Shown here in pieces: positions 37,854 through 47,073 of a DNA stretch of 64,000 nt (positions are counted from its first letter, which is position 1; every line of letters begins with the position of its first letter). The notes beneath the pieces are model-generated. The model was not told the DNA's origin. It was given only the letters and a program-made list of their open reading frames with translations, and did not search any database. Source of the DNA: Trueperaceae bacterium. GTDB lineage: Bacteria > Deinococcota > Deinococci > Deinococcales > Trueperaceae. Position numbers and translations under genes: made by a program. The stretch lies in assembly GCA_034520945.1 (NCBI GenBank), contig JAXHNB010000006.1:648180-712179 (forward strand). The letters are read 5' to 3'.

Positions 37854-38657
37854 TCAGGCCCCGCGCGTTCGCTGCAGCAGCTCGTGGAAGGCCGCGAACG
37901 AGCTCTGCCGCGTGCCGAAGTCGGGCGTCTCGGGCCAGGGGCCGGTCCCGCCGAGCACAAGCTCGGCGCCCTGCTCGCGGCAGGCGTCGCCGATGCGCTG
38001 GGTGGCCTCGGCCAGGCCGGCGACGTCGTTCGACGCCGACGATGCGGAGAGCGCCACCATCACGGGCGCCTCGGTGCGAATGAAGCGTTCGACGTCGGCG
38101 ACGGGGGTGCGTCCCCCCAGCCACACCACCGGCAGGCCCACTTCGCGGACGCACAACTCGGCCAGGGAAAGGCCCAGCGTGTGGTCGTCATCGCCGAGGC
38201 ATGCCAGCAGCACCGGCCGCCCCTCGGGTGCCGCGGGCAGCGCGTCCCCGATGCGCGCCAGCCCCCGCGCCAGCACCTCGGAGGCGCGATGCTCCTCGCC
38301 GATACCGAGGCGGCCGTCCTGCCACGCGTCGCCCATGGCGCCCAGAACGCTCCCAAGCTCGTCGGCCAACGCGTGCCATGAGCCCAGGCGAGCGCGGGCC
38401 TCCAGCAGCCGCGCGTCGACCTCGTGCCTGCGGCCCGTGACCAACACCTCGATCCAGGCCTCGACCGGGTGCAGCCCTGCGGTGGCGTGACGGTCCTGGA
38501 GCCACTGCTCCAGCGCGCTGCGGGTGAACCGGCGGTGCCCACCGGGGGTGCGGACCGAAGGCAGCCCTTCCTGTTCCGCCCAGCGCTTGACGGTCGACGC
38601 GGAGACGCCTGCGATCGCCGCCGCCTGTTTCGGGGTGAGCATGCCTTCGGCCGCCAT
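37854..38657 (-). CDS. MerR-family, B12-binding-domain regulator (LitR/CarH-like)
   Basis: MerR HTH LTPKQAAAIAGVSASTVKRWAEQEGL and the B12 motif GDDDHTLGL (DxHxxG). Confidence 0.8.
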   Translation of the reverse strand: MAAEGMLTPKQAAAIAGVSASTVKRWAEQEGLPSVRTPGGHRRFTRSALEQWLQDRHATAGLHPVEAWIEVLVTGRRHEVDARLLEARARLGSWHALADELGSVLGAMGDAWQDGRLGIGEEHRASEVLARGLARIGDALPAAPEGRPVLLACLGDDDHTLGLSLAELCVREVGLPVVWLGGRTPVADVERFIRTEAPVMVALSASSASNDVAGLAEATQRIGDACREQGAELVLGGTGPWPETPDFGTRQSSFAAFHELLQRTRGA

Positions 38658-38743
38658 CGGGCTACGATACCTCGAATCGGGCGGTTCTGGTGAGGTGAAT
38701 CCGACGATTTCGCCCACCGCCGTCGGGTACGGGAAGGGGAGAC

Positions 38744-39229
38744 ATGCAGGGTCGACATCGCCTCGTACGCCACCAGTGGGTGCCGCACCCACCCGATACG
38801 GTGTTCGCGTTCTTTTCAGACGCGCACAACCTGGAGCGGCTCACGCCGACGTTCCTTCGCCTGGACATCCGTACGCCACAGCCGATCGAGATGCGCTCCG
38901 GCACGCGTATCGAGTACGTGATGCGCCTGTTCGGCCTGCCCGTGCGGTGGCGCACCCGCATCGACGAATGGCGGCCGGGTGAGGGCTTCGTGGACGTGCA
39001 GGAGTCGGGGCCGTACGCGTACTGGCGCCATGCCCATCGCTTCGAACCGGTGGACGGGGGCACCCGGCTCGTCGACGAGGTCGAGTACACGCTGCCGTTC
39101 GGATGGCTGGGACGACTGGCCCATGCCCTGGTGGTGCGGCATGTCCTGCGGCGCATCTTCGATTTCCGCGCTGCGGCGATCCAACGGCAGTACGGGGACG
39201 AGGAGGCACTTCGGCCCGCGCGGTCCTGA
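38744..39229 (+). CDS. SRPBCC-family protein
   Basis: 161 aa; VFAFFSDAHNLERLTP...WRTRIDEWRPGEGFVDVQESGPYAYWRHAHRFEP. Confidence 0.75.
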   Translation: MQGRHRLVRHQWVPHPPDTVFAFFSDAHNLERLTPTFLRLDIRTPQPIEMRSGTRIEYVMRLFGLPVRWRTRIDEWRPGEGFVDVQESGPYAYWRHAHRFEPVDGGTRLVDEVEYTLPFGWLGRLAHALVVRHVLRRIFDFRAAAIQRQYGDEEALRPARS

Positions 39230-39267
39230 GTCGGCGCCCCGCGGCAGGCACTCACGACCAAGCAAAC

Positions 39268-39299
39268 GTCCGGCGGCCCCCAAACGGGGGCCGCCGGAC
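39268..39299. terminator. bidirectional hairpin terminator
   Basis: gtccggcggccccc-aaac-gggggccgccggac, a perfect 14-bp stem between convergent genes. Confidence 0.75.
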
Positions 39300-39329
39300 G
39301 AGTGATTGGAGGAGCGTCGAGGGGTTAGC

Positions 39330-39863
39330 TCATTCGCCCTCGGGGGGCAGGAGAACGCCGTCGATGACGTGGACGACGCCGTTGCCGGCCTCGAGGTCGG
39401 TGGCGGTCACGGTGGCGGAGCCGTTCACCATCACCTGATCACCGCTCAGCGTGACGGTCAGGGACGCGCCCTGCACCGTGGTCACGACGGCTTCGCCGTC
39501 GCCCGCCTCGATCGCGGCCAGCACGTCGGCGGCCAGCAGGCGCTGCGGCACCACGTGGTAGCCGAGGATGTCGGCCAGCGCCGGGTCGGCCAGCAGTTCT
39601 TCGGCGCTGATGCCGAGCGCTTCCAGGGCCGCTTCGAAGGCGGCGTCGGTGGGCGCGAACACGGTGAAGGGGCCTTCTTCGCTGAGGGTGGTGCCGAGGC
39701 CCGCTTCGACCACGGCGGCTGCGAGGGTGGTGTGGTCTTCGCTGCTTACGACGATGTCGACGACCGTGTGCGGCATGTCGCCGTGGTTGGAGGCCAAGGA
39801 GGCGCCGAGCCCGAAGGCCATCACGGCGAGGAGCAGGAGCGTGCGGTTCAGGGTGTGCGTCAT
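39330..39863 (-). CDS. secreted fasciclin (FAS1)-domain protein
   Basis: Signal peptide, then FTVFAPTDAAF...ILGYHVVP...NGVVHVIDGVLLP. Confidence 0.85.
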   Translation of the reverse strand: MTHTLNRTLLLLAVMAFGLGASLASNHGDMPHTVVDIVVSSEDHTTLAAAVVEAGLGTTLSEEGPFTVFAPTDAAFEAALEALGISAEELLADPALADILGYHVVPQRLLAADVLAAIEAGDGEAVVTTVQGASLTVTLSGDQVMVNGSATVTATDLEAGNGVVHVIDGVLLPPEGE

Positions 39864-40116
39864 GTTCGTCTCCTTTTGAAGGGTCCGAGGCTGGTCCCTC
39901 ATGGCCCCATCGGTTGGGGGCTTCGTCCGCTGCCGCCGGTCCCGCGAACGCCCTATTGGGTCGGCCGAGTGAAAGGCGGGCAGTCGGGCGATCGCCCTTG
40001 AACCGAACGAATCGTAGCACGAGATAGCCAACTAATGCAAGCTCGAATCGGCTAAACCGTCTACCCGCTCGAAATGTCGCGGCCAGGACGCGGCTCGCCC
40101 CTGAAGCGAGCCGCGC

Positions 40117-40203
40117 CTATCCTTCGAACGGCCAGGCCACGACGCGGCCTAGCAGGGTGGCGATCTTCTGTTCGGGGACGTGGCCAGTGTGGATCTCATC
40201 CAT
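40117..40203 (-). pseudogene. 28-codon N-terminal remnant of a GyrI-like gene (paralogue of 58376..58858)
   Basis: MDEIHTGHVPEQKIATLLG compares with MNEVHTRHVPERTVATIEG at 58858. The upstream in-frame text looks like a MerR-type coiled-coil linker. Confidence 0.35.
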
Positions 40204-40354
40204 GTCGGCGTCCTTTCTTCGCAGGTGTCGCCGGAGGTCGCGTGCCAGGCGGCGTTTGGCTCGTGCGTTTGCCTGCTCCTCGCGGGCGTAACGGCCGATT
40301 TCGCACGCTGCGGCGTCGTCACTGCATCACGTTGGATGATGCTATGATGATGCT

Positions 40355-40609
40355 ATGCGTACCACCATTACGCTCGATCCCGACGTCGAGGCGCTCGTAC
40401 GTCGGCGCATGCGCGAGCGGGGTATCGGCTTCAAGCAGGCCGTCAACGAAGCGTTGCGGGAAGGGCTCGTGCCCGAAGATGCGCACACACCGTTCGAAAC
40501 GCCCTCCTTCGACCTCGGTGGCGCTCGCGTGGACGTGACGCGAGCCCTTGAGCTTGCTGGGTACCTGGAGAACGAGGAGTTTCTCCATAAGCGTGCGCTT
40601 CGGAAGTGA
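40355..40609 (+). CDS. vapB: VapB-type antitoxin
   Basis: MRTTITLDPDVEALVRRRMRERGIGFKQAVNEALREGL. GTGA overlap with vapC. Confidence 0.75.
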   Translation: MRTTITLDPDVEALVRRRMRERGIGFKQAVNEALREGLVPEDAHTPFETPSFDLGGARVDVTRALELAGYLENEEFLHKRALRK

Positions 40610-41049
40610 GCAAGGGCGTGTCGGTCGTCGACGCCAACGTTCTGCTGTACGCGGTGGACCGCTCAGCGCCGTGGCATGCCGAGGCGAGGGTGTGGCTGGA
40701 TCGCGCCTTGTCGGGTTCGGGCACGGTCGTGTTTCCGTGGTTGTGCCTGTTGGCTTTTCTGCGCATCAGCACGCACTCGGGCATCTTTCAGAACCCATTG
40801 CGGACCGAGCAAGCGCTCGACGTGATCGAGGCGTGGCTATCTCGTCCGAATGCCGTCGTTCCGGGGCCGGGCCGGGCGCATCTAGATTCGCTGCGGTCGT
40901 TGCTTGCCGAAACGGGAAGCGGCGGCAATCTCGTGAACGACGCGCATATCGCGGCGATCGCGCGCGACGCGGATGCGGTGGTCGTCACGTTCGACGCGGA
41001 CTTCGGGCGCTTTCCAGGCGTCCGGTGGCAGCGGCCCGAGCGTCCGTAG
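40606..41049 (+). CDS. vapC: PIN-domain toxin VapC
   Basis: VVDANVLLYAVD..., FPWLCLLAFLRI, GNLVNDAHIAAIA, VVTFDADF. Confidence 0.8.
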   Translation: MSKGVSVVDANVLLYAVDRSAPWHAEARVWLDRALSGSGTVVFPWLCLLAFLRISTHSGIFQNPLRTEQALDVIEAWLSRPNAVVPGPGRAHLDSLRSLLAETGSGGNLVNDAHIAAIARDADAVVVTFDADFGRFPGVRWQRPERP

Positions 41050-41064
41050 AATCGGCCTGAAGCG

Positions 41065-41787
41065 TCACCGTGCACGCACGTCCCACCGCGTCGCGATCCC
41101 GAGCGGTTTCTGATCGCTCCGCCCGTGCTCGGTGATCAGCACCGCCTCGAGTTGCGGGTTCTCGGCGAAGCGGTGCAGCACCTCCTCGGCGGGCGTGTCG
41201 CGCGCGGCGAAGGCGTGGTTCTCACGTGGTTCCTCGTAGTCGAGGAGCTCGGCGACGGTGCGTGCCTCGAAGTCCACCAAGCTCACGTCCTCGTGTTCCA
41301 TGACGTGCGCCAGCCAGTGCGCGACGCCGTTGCCGGTGACGAGGCCGCGGAAGGTGCCGTCGTGGTAGGCGGGGAACTGGGTGTAGGCGCGGCCCTCCAC
41401 CTCACGCAGCGCCTCCAGGACGGACTGCGTCACCTCCAGCGAAGCGACCTCGCGCGCGAACGCCTCGTCGGCGCGGGTCGGCCTTAGAAGCCGGTCGCGA
41501 ACGGCTTCGATCTCCTCCAGGACGTGCGAACTGGGGATGGAGAGGTACTCGTAGGGCTGATAGCGCTCGTGCACGATCACGTTGCGCAGGTCCGCGAACG
41601 CCAGCATCGCTTCGAAGTCGCGCTCCCACCAACGATGCGCCTTCACGAACCGGTGGGCGGCGGTGCGGAAGCTCTCGTGCCGGTCCACGCCGGTGCGCTC
41701 CTTGAGCGCCTGCTCGACGGTGTTGAAGGCCGTCAGGAACGCTTCGGCGCGGGCGTTCGCCTCGTCACGGTCGGGTGTCTGCTCCAT
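41065..41787 (-). CDS. HEPN-like (RNxxxH) N-terminal domain fused to a CBS pair
   Basis: AFADLRNVIVHERY (R-x4-H) in a helical N-terminal domain, then two CBS-like units (VTQSVLEALREVEGRAYTQFPAYHDGTFRGLVT; TPAEEVLHRFAENPQLEAVLITEHG...PLGIAT). Confidence 0.55.
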   Translation of the reverse strand: MEQTPDRDEANARAEAFLTAFNTVEQALKERTGVDRHESFRTAAHRFVKAHRWWERDFEAMLAFADLRNVIVHERYQPYEYLSIPSSHVLEEIEAVRDRLLRPTRADEAFAREVASLEVTQSVLEALREVEGRAYTQFPAYHDGTFRGLVTGNGVAHWLAHVMEHEDVSLVDFEARTVAELLDYEEPRENHAFAARDTPAEEVLHRFAENPQLEAVLITEHGRSDQKPLGIATRWDVRAR

Positions 41788-41973
41788 GCTGCCGTCCACC
41801 GTACGACGGAAGCGTAGTGGGCGGTTCGACACGGACGTTGCTGACACATCATTGCGCTGCGTCAGATACCACCATCGATCCATCCGTGGTCGAGCTGGCA
41901 GCGTGTGACCATCGCACGGTCGAACGCACCATGTGGATCGAAGCGCTGGGAGTGCTCGCGGAGCCGCAGTGGC

Positions 41974-42290
41974 TCAACGGTCCGGCAGCCACGAGTGCGG
42001 CATGTCATGCGGACCTTCCTTCCCGAACGCATGGCGCACTCGAGCCCTCACCCTACGCTGCCGCAACGAGAACGCCGCGGGGATGAGCGCTTCAGCCGGT
42101 ACGAAAGAAGTCGCGCTGGCGCAGGCGGCCAGCCTGGCCGTGGAAGACGGCCGCGCGATCCTGAGGCCGATTGAGTTCAAAGGCGACCGGAGGCGGGTGC
42201 GGTTCGAATGCGCGTGGTCGTCAGGCCCGCACGTCGAAGATGCCCTACGAACGTGTCGCTGTCGAGGGCTTCGTCGACGAATACGTGCAT
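41974..42290 (-). pseudogene. degraded DUF5615/VapC45-like PIN-like toxin
   Basis: MHVFVDEALDSDTFVGHLRRAG opens like DUF5615, then the reading frame is lost. Confidence 0.3.
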
Positions 42291-42664
42291 CCATGTTTGG
42301 GGCCCCGCTTCGAACATGATCGCGTCGCGAACGTGCTGGATTGCCAAGTCATGGTCGTGCGCTACGTACGAACTCGAGGTCCTCGCCATCGTCGACGCGG
42401 GCGGCGATCATGGCCGTCGGTACGCCACTGCAGAACGCGGAGAAGCTGCAGCTCGATCAGGGTCGTGAACGACACGCCCCCTGCGAGTTCGGCGTGGAGC
42501 ACGCGCTCGAAGCGACCCCTGGGTCCGTATGAGCCTACCGACCCGCCCTTGATCCAGCAGCGGACCGTTGTGGGGGGAACCCGTACGATCCTTGCTGCTT
42601 CGGCGAACGCGTAGAACGGCAGCTGAAGAGGAGCCTCGTTCGCGTAGAACACGCGGGCTTCCAT
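42290..42664 (-). pseudogene. degraded VapB45-type HTH antitoxin
   Basis: FYAFAEAARIVRVPPTTVRCWIKG...VSFTTLIELQLLRVLQ, then GVPTAMIAARVDDGEDLEF and HDLAIQHVRDAIMFEAG in two other frames. Shorter than typical family members. Confidence 0.35.
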
Positions 42665-42919
42665 ATGCGGCGAGCGCAGCAGGCGCCTCTGCGGGCATCC
42701 AGGTGCATCACTTCTCAGTGAAGCGCAGCTGCGCGGTTCCTGAACCGCGCCAAGCGATCGGGCTTCGGGGTGGACGCCGTCAATTCGCTCTCGGGCGAAC
42801 GGGGTCGGACGTGATGCCCCCGAGTTTTCTTCGGCCGAGTGAGCCAGGCCGGATCATGAGTGAGCCAACGAGCGTTGACAGGTGGCATGTGCCCTTTCAT
42901 GCCAGCGACGGCCGTCGGC

Positions 42920-43393
42920 TCACAACCGCTCGTCGAACCAGAACGGCGCGCCGGCACCGATGACGACCTCTTCGAAGTCCGGGTGCACCGGGTTCAACAG
43001 CAGGTTGTGCTCTTGGGGGACCAGCACGCTGGGGACGAGCAGCGCCACGCTGGCCGCCTGCTCCAGCCAGGCGTCGCCGATGGCGCGGGCGCCAGGGCTG
43101 TTGGGCCGGACACGCCAGTCGCTCGGCAGGTCGTCGCGTCTCAGCATCAGCACCAGCTCGGCGGGGATCTCGACCGCGAAGGCGACGTATTCGCGTTGGA
43201 AGCGGCTTCGTTCCGCGTGGGCCAGCGTTTCGAGGGCGGCCAGGGAGAGGTGCTCGCTGGCGTAGACGAGGGGCCTGCCGGCGCTGTTCCAGCGCCCGCC
43301 GTAGCGGCGGGCCCCTTCGCCCGAGAATGCCGCGCCTGTGGTGCCGTAGGCGGGCCGCACCAGCCGCCACGCCTGCTGGGGCTCGTCGGTCAT
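42920..43393 (-). CDS. RES-domain toxin
   Basis: GARRYGGRWNSAGRPLVYASEHLSLAALE...LLVPSVLVP. Confidence 0.85.
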   Translation of the reverse strand: MTDEPQQAWRLVRPAYGTTGAAFSGEGARRYGGRWNSAGRPLVYASEHLSLAALETLAHAERSRFQREYVAFAVEIPAELVLMLRRDDLPSDWRVRPNSPGARAIGDAWLEQAASVALLVPSVLVPQEHNLLLNPVHPDFEEVVIGAGAPFWFDERL

Positions 43394-43397
43394 CGCC

Positions 43398-43832
43398 TCA
43401 GGTGTACACGCCGTGTTCGAGGCGGCCGAGGAGGTCTTCGACTTCGCGCGCGCCGAACTCGGTCTCCGCCAGGGTCAGCGGCGTGACGCCGCCGAGGGCG
43501 AGGTTGTCGCTACGGAGCCAGTCGGCCGCGTCCGCCTCCTCTTCGAACACCTGCGTGGCGCGGGCCAGGAGGGCGGCGACGCGGAGGACGTGCTCGCCCT
43601 CCGCCGTGGTGAGCGTGCCACTACGTTTGCGGCGGGCGAGCGTGGTGGAGGAGAGGCCGACGGTGCGGGCCAGTTCGGCTTCGCTGACGCCGAGGCGTCG
43701 GGCCAGCGTGGTGAACACGCCGGTGGGCAGGCCTTCTTGGAGGGCTTCGATCCACGCCGCGCGGTCGCCGCCGAGCCCGAGGTCGCTCAGGAGGCCGTGT
43801 GGTTCGGGGCGAGGCGGCTGGAACGTTTCCAT
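43398..43832 (-). CDS. Xre-type antitoxin with DUF2384 domain
   Basis: LARRLGVSEAELARTVGLSSTTLARRK...ADWLRSDNLALGGVTPLTLAETEFGAREVEDLLGRLEHGVY. Confidence 0.8.
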   Translation of the reverse strand: METFQPPRPEPHGLLSDLGLGGDRAAWIEALQEGLPTGVFTTLARRLGVSEAELARTVGLSSTTLARRKRSGTLTTAEGEHVLRVAALLARATQVFEEEADAADWLRSDNLALGGVTPLTLAETEFGAREVEDLLGRLEHGVYT

Positions 43833-44007
43833 GTGGGAAATCTACCATGCCCATATGGGGGCGCGGCGGCTGGGGGTGCGGAACCCGACCTGCGTTCCGC
43901 GCCATCGCCGCACGCGGTCTCGTGCAGCCCCTTCGGTGCAAAGGGGTGCAACCTCCTACGGCCGCAGTCGGAACGCTGCGCGTGCGCCCGCCGCTACGCT
44001 CGCCGCC

Positions 44008-44418
44008 TCACGCCGAACGCGGCGTCGGCACCGCCTGCCTGAGCGCCGCGTCCAGCCGCTCGCGCACCTCCCGCGCCAGCGGGTTCAGCGTCTGCTGTTG
44101 TTCGGCGGTGGCCAGGCCGAACACGCGTTCGGGGTCGAGGACCTTCACTTCCGTGCCGCTCTCGACCTCGTGGAGCGTCACCGGGCACGGCAGCAGCAGC
44201 GCCAGGTCGCGGTCGACGTCGAGGACTTCCTTGCCGAAATTGGGGTTGCAAACGCCGAGGATGCGGTGACCTTCGTGGTCCACGTCGAGCTTCTGCTTGA
44301 AGATGGCCTGCACGTCGATCTCGCTGAGTATGCCGAACCCTTGATCCTTCAGGGCGGCTTCGAGGTCTTGGCGGACGGTGTCGAGATCGTTGGGCGAGGT
44401 CCTGGCGAGGTCGGGCAT
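44008..44418 (-). CDS. DUF302-domain protein
   Basis: GFGILSEIDVQAIFKQKL...HRILGVCNP...LPCPVTL. Confidence 0.8.
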   Translation of the reverse strand: MPDLARTSPNDLDTVRQDLEAALKDQGFGILSEIDVQAIFKQKLDVDHEGHRILGVCNPNFGKEVLDVDRDLALLLPCPVTLHEVESGTEVKVLDPERVFGLATAEQQQTLNPLAREVRERLDAALRQAVPTPRSA

Positions 44419-44636
44419 GGGGGACTCCTTCTCACGAACGCGGTCGCGTAGGGCCGTCGGTCACGCGTCCTGTCGTGGGCGCTGTGACCCCGGTCGCTTC
44501 GCGGCCATCGTACGACCGAGCCATCCCCACGATCGCCCGCGTACCCGACATGCCCTCGACGGTGGGCAAGCGGGCACGCGCCACTCACGGATGGCACGCC
44601 ACCACGCACGGGCGACGCCGGGGAGACCATGGGTCT

Positions 44637-45620
44637 TCAGGATTGCGCTTGCGCCGGCGGACGCCCAGAAAGCGGAAACGTCGCCCCGAACTCGTTCCCT
44701 TGCCCGCTGGCGTCATCGCGCCATGCCCGCGCCCACGCCGTCCCTCCCGCCGCGTCCACGATCGAGCGAACCACGTACAGCCCCAGGCCCCGCCAGCCTG
44801 TTCGCGACGCATCGCGTGCGTGCGGGTCCAACAACGCCTCCAAGCGCTCGGCGGAGAGCGGTTCGCCTTCGTCCCGCACCGCCAGGTACGCTTGGCCGTC
44901 CTTCGCGACCACGGCCACCCGGACGTCCGCATGGTCGGGACCATGCACCGCGGCGTTCTCCAATAGGTTGACCAGCACCTGCAGCACCTTGTCGGGATCG
45001 GCCCACACCACGAGGTCGGCCACGTCCTGGTGCACCGTGACGCCGTGCTGCTCGAACGTCGGCGCAAGGACCGCGCACGCGCGCGCGACCACCTCGCGGA
45101 CCGGCACGCTGCGCTCGCGCGGCGGGGCGACGTCGACCGTGAGGTCGTTCAGGAGGCGCACCAGGCGTTGCGCTTCGCCGTGGGCGCGTTCGAGTAGCTG
45201 GGCACGCTCCGCCGCCGGCAGGTCGTCGTACTCGAGCGCTTCCAGGGTGGAGGTGATGGTGGTGACGGGCGTGCGGAGTTCGTGCGACACCACCGCCAGC
45301 ATCTCGCGGGCGTCGATCTCCGCCTGCCGTGCCTCGCTCACGTCCCGCAGCGCCAGGCCGGCCGGGATCGGGACGACGAGCAGGTGCCGGCCCCCCACCT
45401 TCAGTTCGGCACGTGCTTGGTCGTGCCACACGCGTTCGATGCGGTGATCCCGCACGACGGCGATCAACGCCTTGCCGACCGCCCAGCTCGCGTCGACGCC
45501 GAGCAGGGCCGCCGCGGCCGCGTTGACCCGCGCGACGCGGCCGCTCTCGAGCAGAACGACGCCTTCCGCCAGCGCATCGATCCAGGCGTCAGGCGCCCGC
45601 GTGGGGATCGACCATCCTGT
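44637..45620 (-). CDS. phoR: soluble PAS histidine kinase (PhoR-like); start unresolved
   Basis: PAS-like ALAEGVVLLESGRVARVNAAAAALLG, H-box SHELRTPVTTI, N/G boxes. No TM segment and no canonical start codon after the upstream stop. Confidence 0.7.
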   Translation of the reverse strand, partial: TGWSIPTRAPDAWIDALAEGVVLLESGRVARVNAAAAALLGVDASWAVGKALIAVVRDHRIERVWHDQARAELKVGGRHLLVVPIPAGLALRDVSEARQAEIDAREMLAVVSHELRTPVTTITSTLEALEYDDLPAAERAQLLERAHGEAQRLVRLLNDLTVDVAPPRERSVPVREVVARACAVLAPTFEQHGVTVHQDVADLVVWADPDKVLQVLVNLLENAAVHGPDHADVRVAVVAKDGQAYLAVRDEGEPLSAERLEALLDPHARDASRTGWRGLGLYVVRSIVDAAGGTAWARAWRDDASGQGNEFGATFPLSGRPPAQAQS

Positions 45621-46299
45621 AGCCCCGGCCTCGAACCGTCTCGATCCAGCCCTTGCCGATCCGGGCGCGGAGCTGCGCCACGTGCTGATCGACGGTGCGC
45701 TCGGTGCCCACGAAGTCCATGCCCCACGCCCCGTCCAGCAGCGCGGCACGTGCGAACACGCGCCCAGGATGCTCGATCATGTGTGCGAGGAGGTCGAACT
45801 CACGGCGCGTGAGGGCGAGTTCCTCGCCTCCACGAAAGGCGCGTCCCGAGGCCGTGTCGACGACGAGGTCGCCGAGCCGGAACCTGAGCGCGGGCGGGGC
45901 GCGCCGAAGCAGCGCCCGCACGCGCGCCACCAGTTCCGGGGCGCTGAACGGCTTCACCAGGTAGTCGTCCGCCCCCGCCTCCAGCCCGCCCACGCGGTCG
46001 CGTTCGGTGGCGCGGGCCGTCAACATCAGGACCGGCACCTGACGGTCCTCCGGGTCGGCCCGCATCCAGCGAAGCAGCGCGTCGCCGCTCTGGCCCGGAA
46101 GCATGCGATCCAGCACGACCGCGTCGGCGTGGTCGACCCGCCGCCAGGCCTCCTCGGCGTTCTCCGCTTCCGTGACCCGAAATCCGCCGCGCGTCAGGTG
46201 GAGCGATACCAGTCTGCGCACCGACGCGTCGTCCTCGACGACCAACACCCGCCCGGGCGTCCCATCGCTGCTGGTCGGGTCGTGGCAAGCATCAGCCAT
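45589..46299 (-). CDS. phoB: OmpR/PhoB-family response regulator
   Basis: RVLVVEDDASV..., VVLDRMLPGQSG, LMLTARA, GADDYLVKPF, and a winged-helix C-terminus. Confidence 0.9.
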   Translation of the reverse strand: MADACHDPTSSDGTPGRVLVVEDDASVRRLVSLHLTRGGFRVTEAENAEEAWRRVDHADAVVLDRMLPGQSGDALLRWMRADPEDRQVPVLMLTARATERDRVGGLEAGADDYLVKPFSAPELVARVRALLRRAPPALRFRLGDLVVDTASGRAFRGGEELALTRREFDLLAHMIEHPGRVFARAALLDGAWGMDFVGTERTVDQHVAQLRARIGKGWIETVRGRGYRMVDPHAGA

Positions 46300-46300
46300 G

Positions 46301-46337
46301 GTGTCATCTTAGCGTCGCTTCGTCATGGCCGCGTCAG
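46301..46337 (+). promoter_or_regulatory. Pho-box-like heptamer repeats
   Basis: GTGTCAT-ctta-GCGTCGC followed by tCGTCAT-ggcc-GCGTCAG. The first box ends 62 nt before the phoU ATG. Confidence 0.45.
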
Positions 46338-46380
46338 CCGGCGTTCTGCCGCATGCGCGCCCGTGCTAGCGTCGCCTTCG

Positions 46381-47019
46381 ATGACGCCCTTCGAGCAGGA
46401 TCTCCAAGAGCTCACGGACCAGACGGTGCGGATGCTGAGCCTGGTCCGCGAGGCGGTCGAGTTGGCGCGGCGTTCGCTGGTGGGCGCGGACCCCGAGGCG
46501 GCGGTTCGCGGCCAGCGCGTCGAAGACGAGATCAACGACCTGCAGGATCAGTTGGAGAGCCGCATTCTCAGCGTGATTGCGCGCCGTCAGCCCGCCGCGC
46601 GCGACCTCCGCCTGTTGGGCGCGACCTACCGGTCGCTGGCGGACATCGAGCGGGCCGGCGATTACGCCTTTCACGTATCCCGCGCCGGCGCCGAGATGGC
46701 CAGCGAACCGCCGCTCAAGAAGTACCTCGACATGGACCGGATCCTGGCGATCGAGATCGCCATGATCGACGAGACCGCGCGAGCATTGGCCGAGAGCGAC
46801 ACGGAGGCGGCACGGCGTGGACACGCCATGGACGAGGAGGTGGATCAGCTCTACGAGCAGATCCAGCGCGAGCTCATCACCTACATGATCGAGGATCCAC
46901 GCACCATCACCAAGGCGACGCGCCTGTTGGGGGTGGCCCGCCACCTGGAGCGCTTGGGCGACCACCTGGAGAACGTCGACGAGCACATCCTGTTCTGGTT
47001 GACCGGACGGCGCGGCTGA
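46381..47019 (+). CDS. phoU: phosphate signalling protein PhoU
   Basis: Two PhoU repeats (DEINDLQDQLESRIL...ADIERAGDYA; DEEVDQLYEQIQ...RHLERLGDHLENV). Confidence 0.9.
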   Translation: MTPFEQDLQELTDQTVRMLSLVREAVELARRSLVGADPEAAVRGQRVEDEINDLQDQLESRILSVIARRQPAARDLRLLGATYRSLADIERAGDYAFHVSRAGAEMASEPPLKKYLDMDRILAIEIAMIDETARALAESDTEAARRGHAMDEEVDQLYEQIQRELITYMIEDPRTITKATRLLGVARHLERLGDHLENVDEHILFWLTGRRG

Positions 47020-47073
47020 CGCGGTCCCGCGTCGGGCGACCCTCGGGGCGTGCGCAACGGCGTCGCCCTGCTC

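Noticed and set aside
43900-43960. Hairpin gcagcccctt-cggtgca-aaggggtgc downstream of the DUF302 gene as a terminator.
   Set aside because: The stem is short and bulged and has no U-tract on the relevant strand. Support is too weak to annotate.
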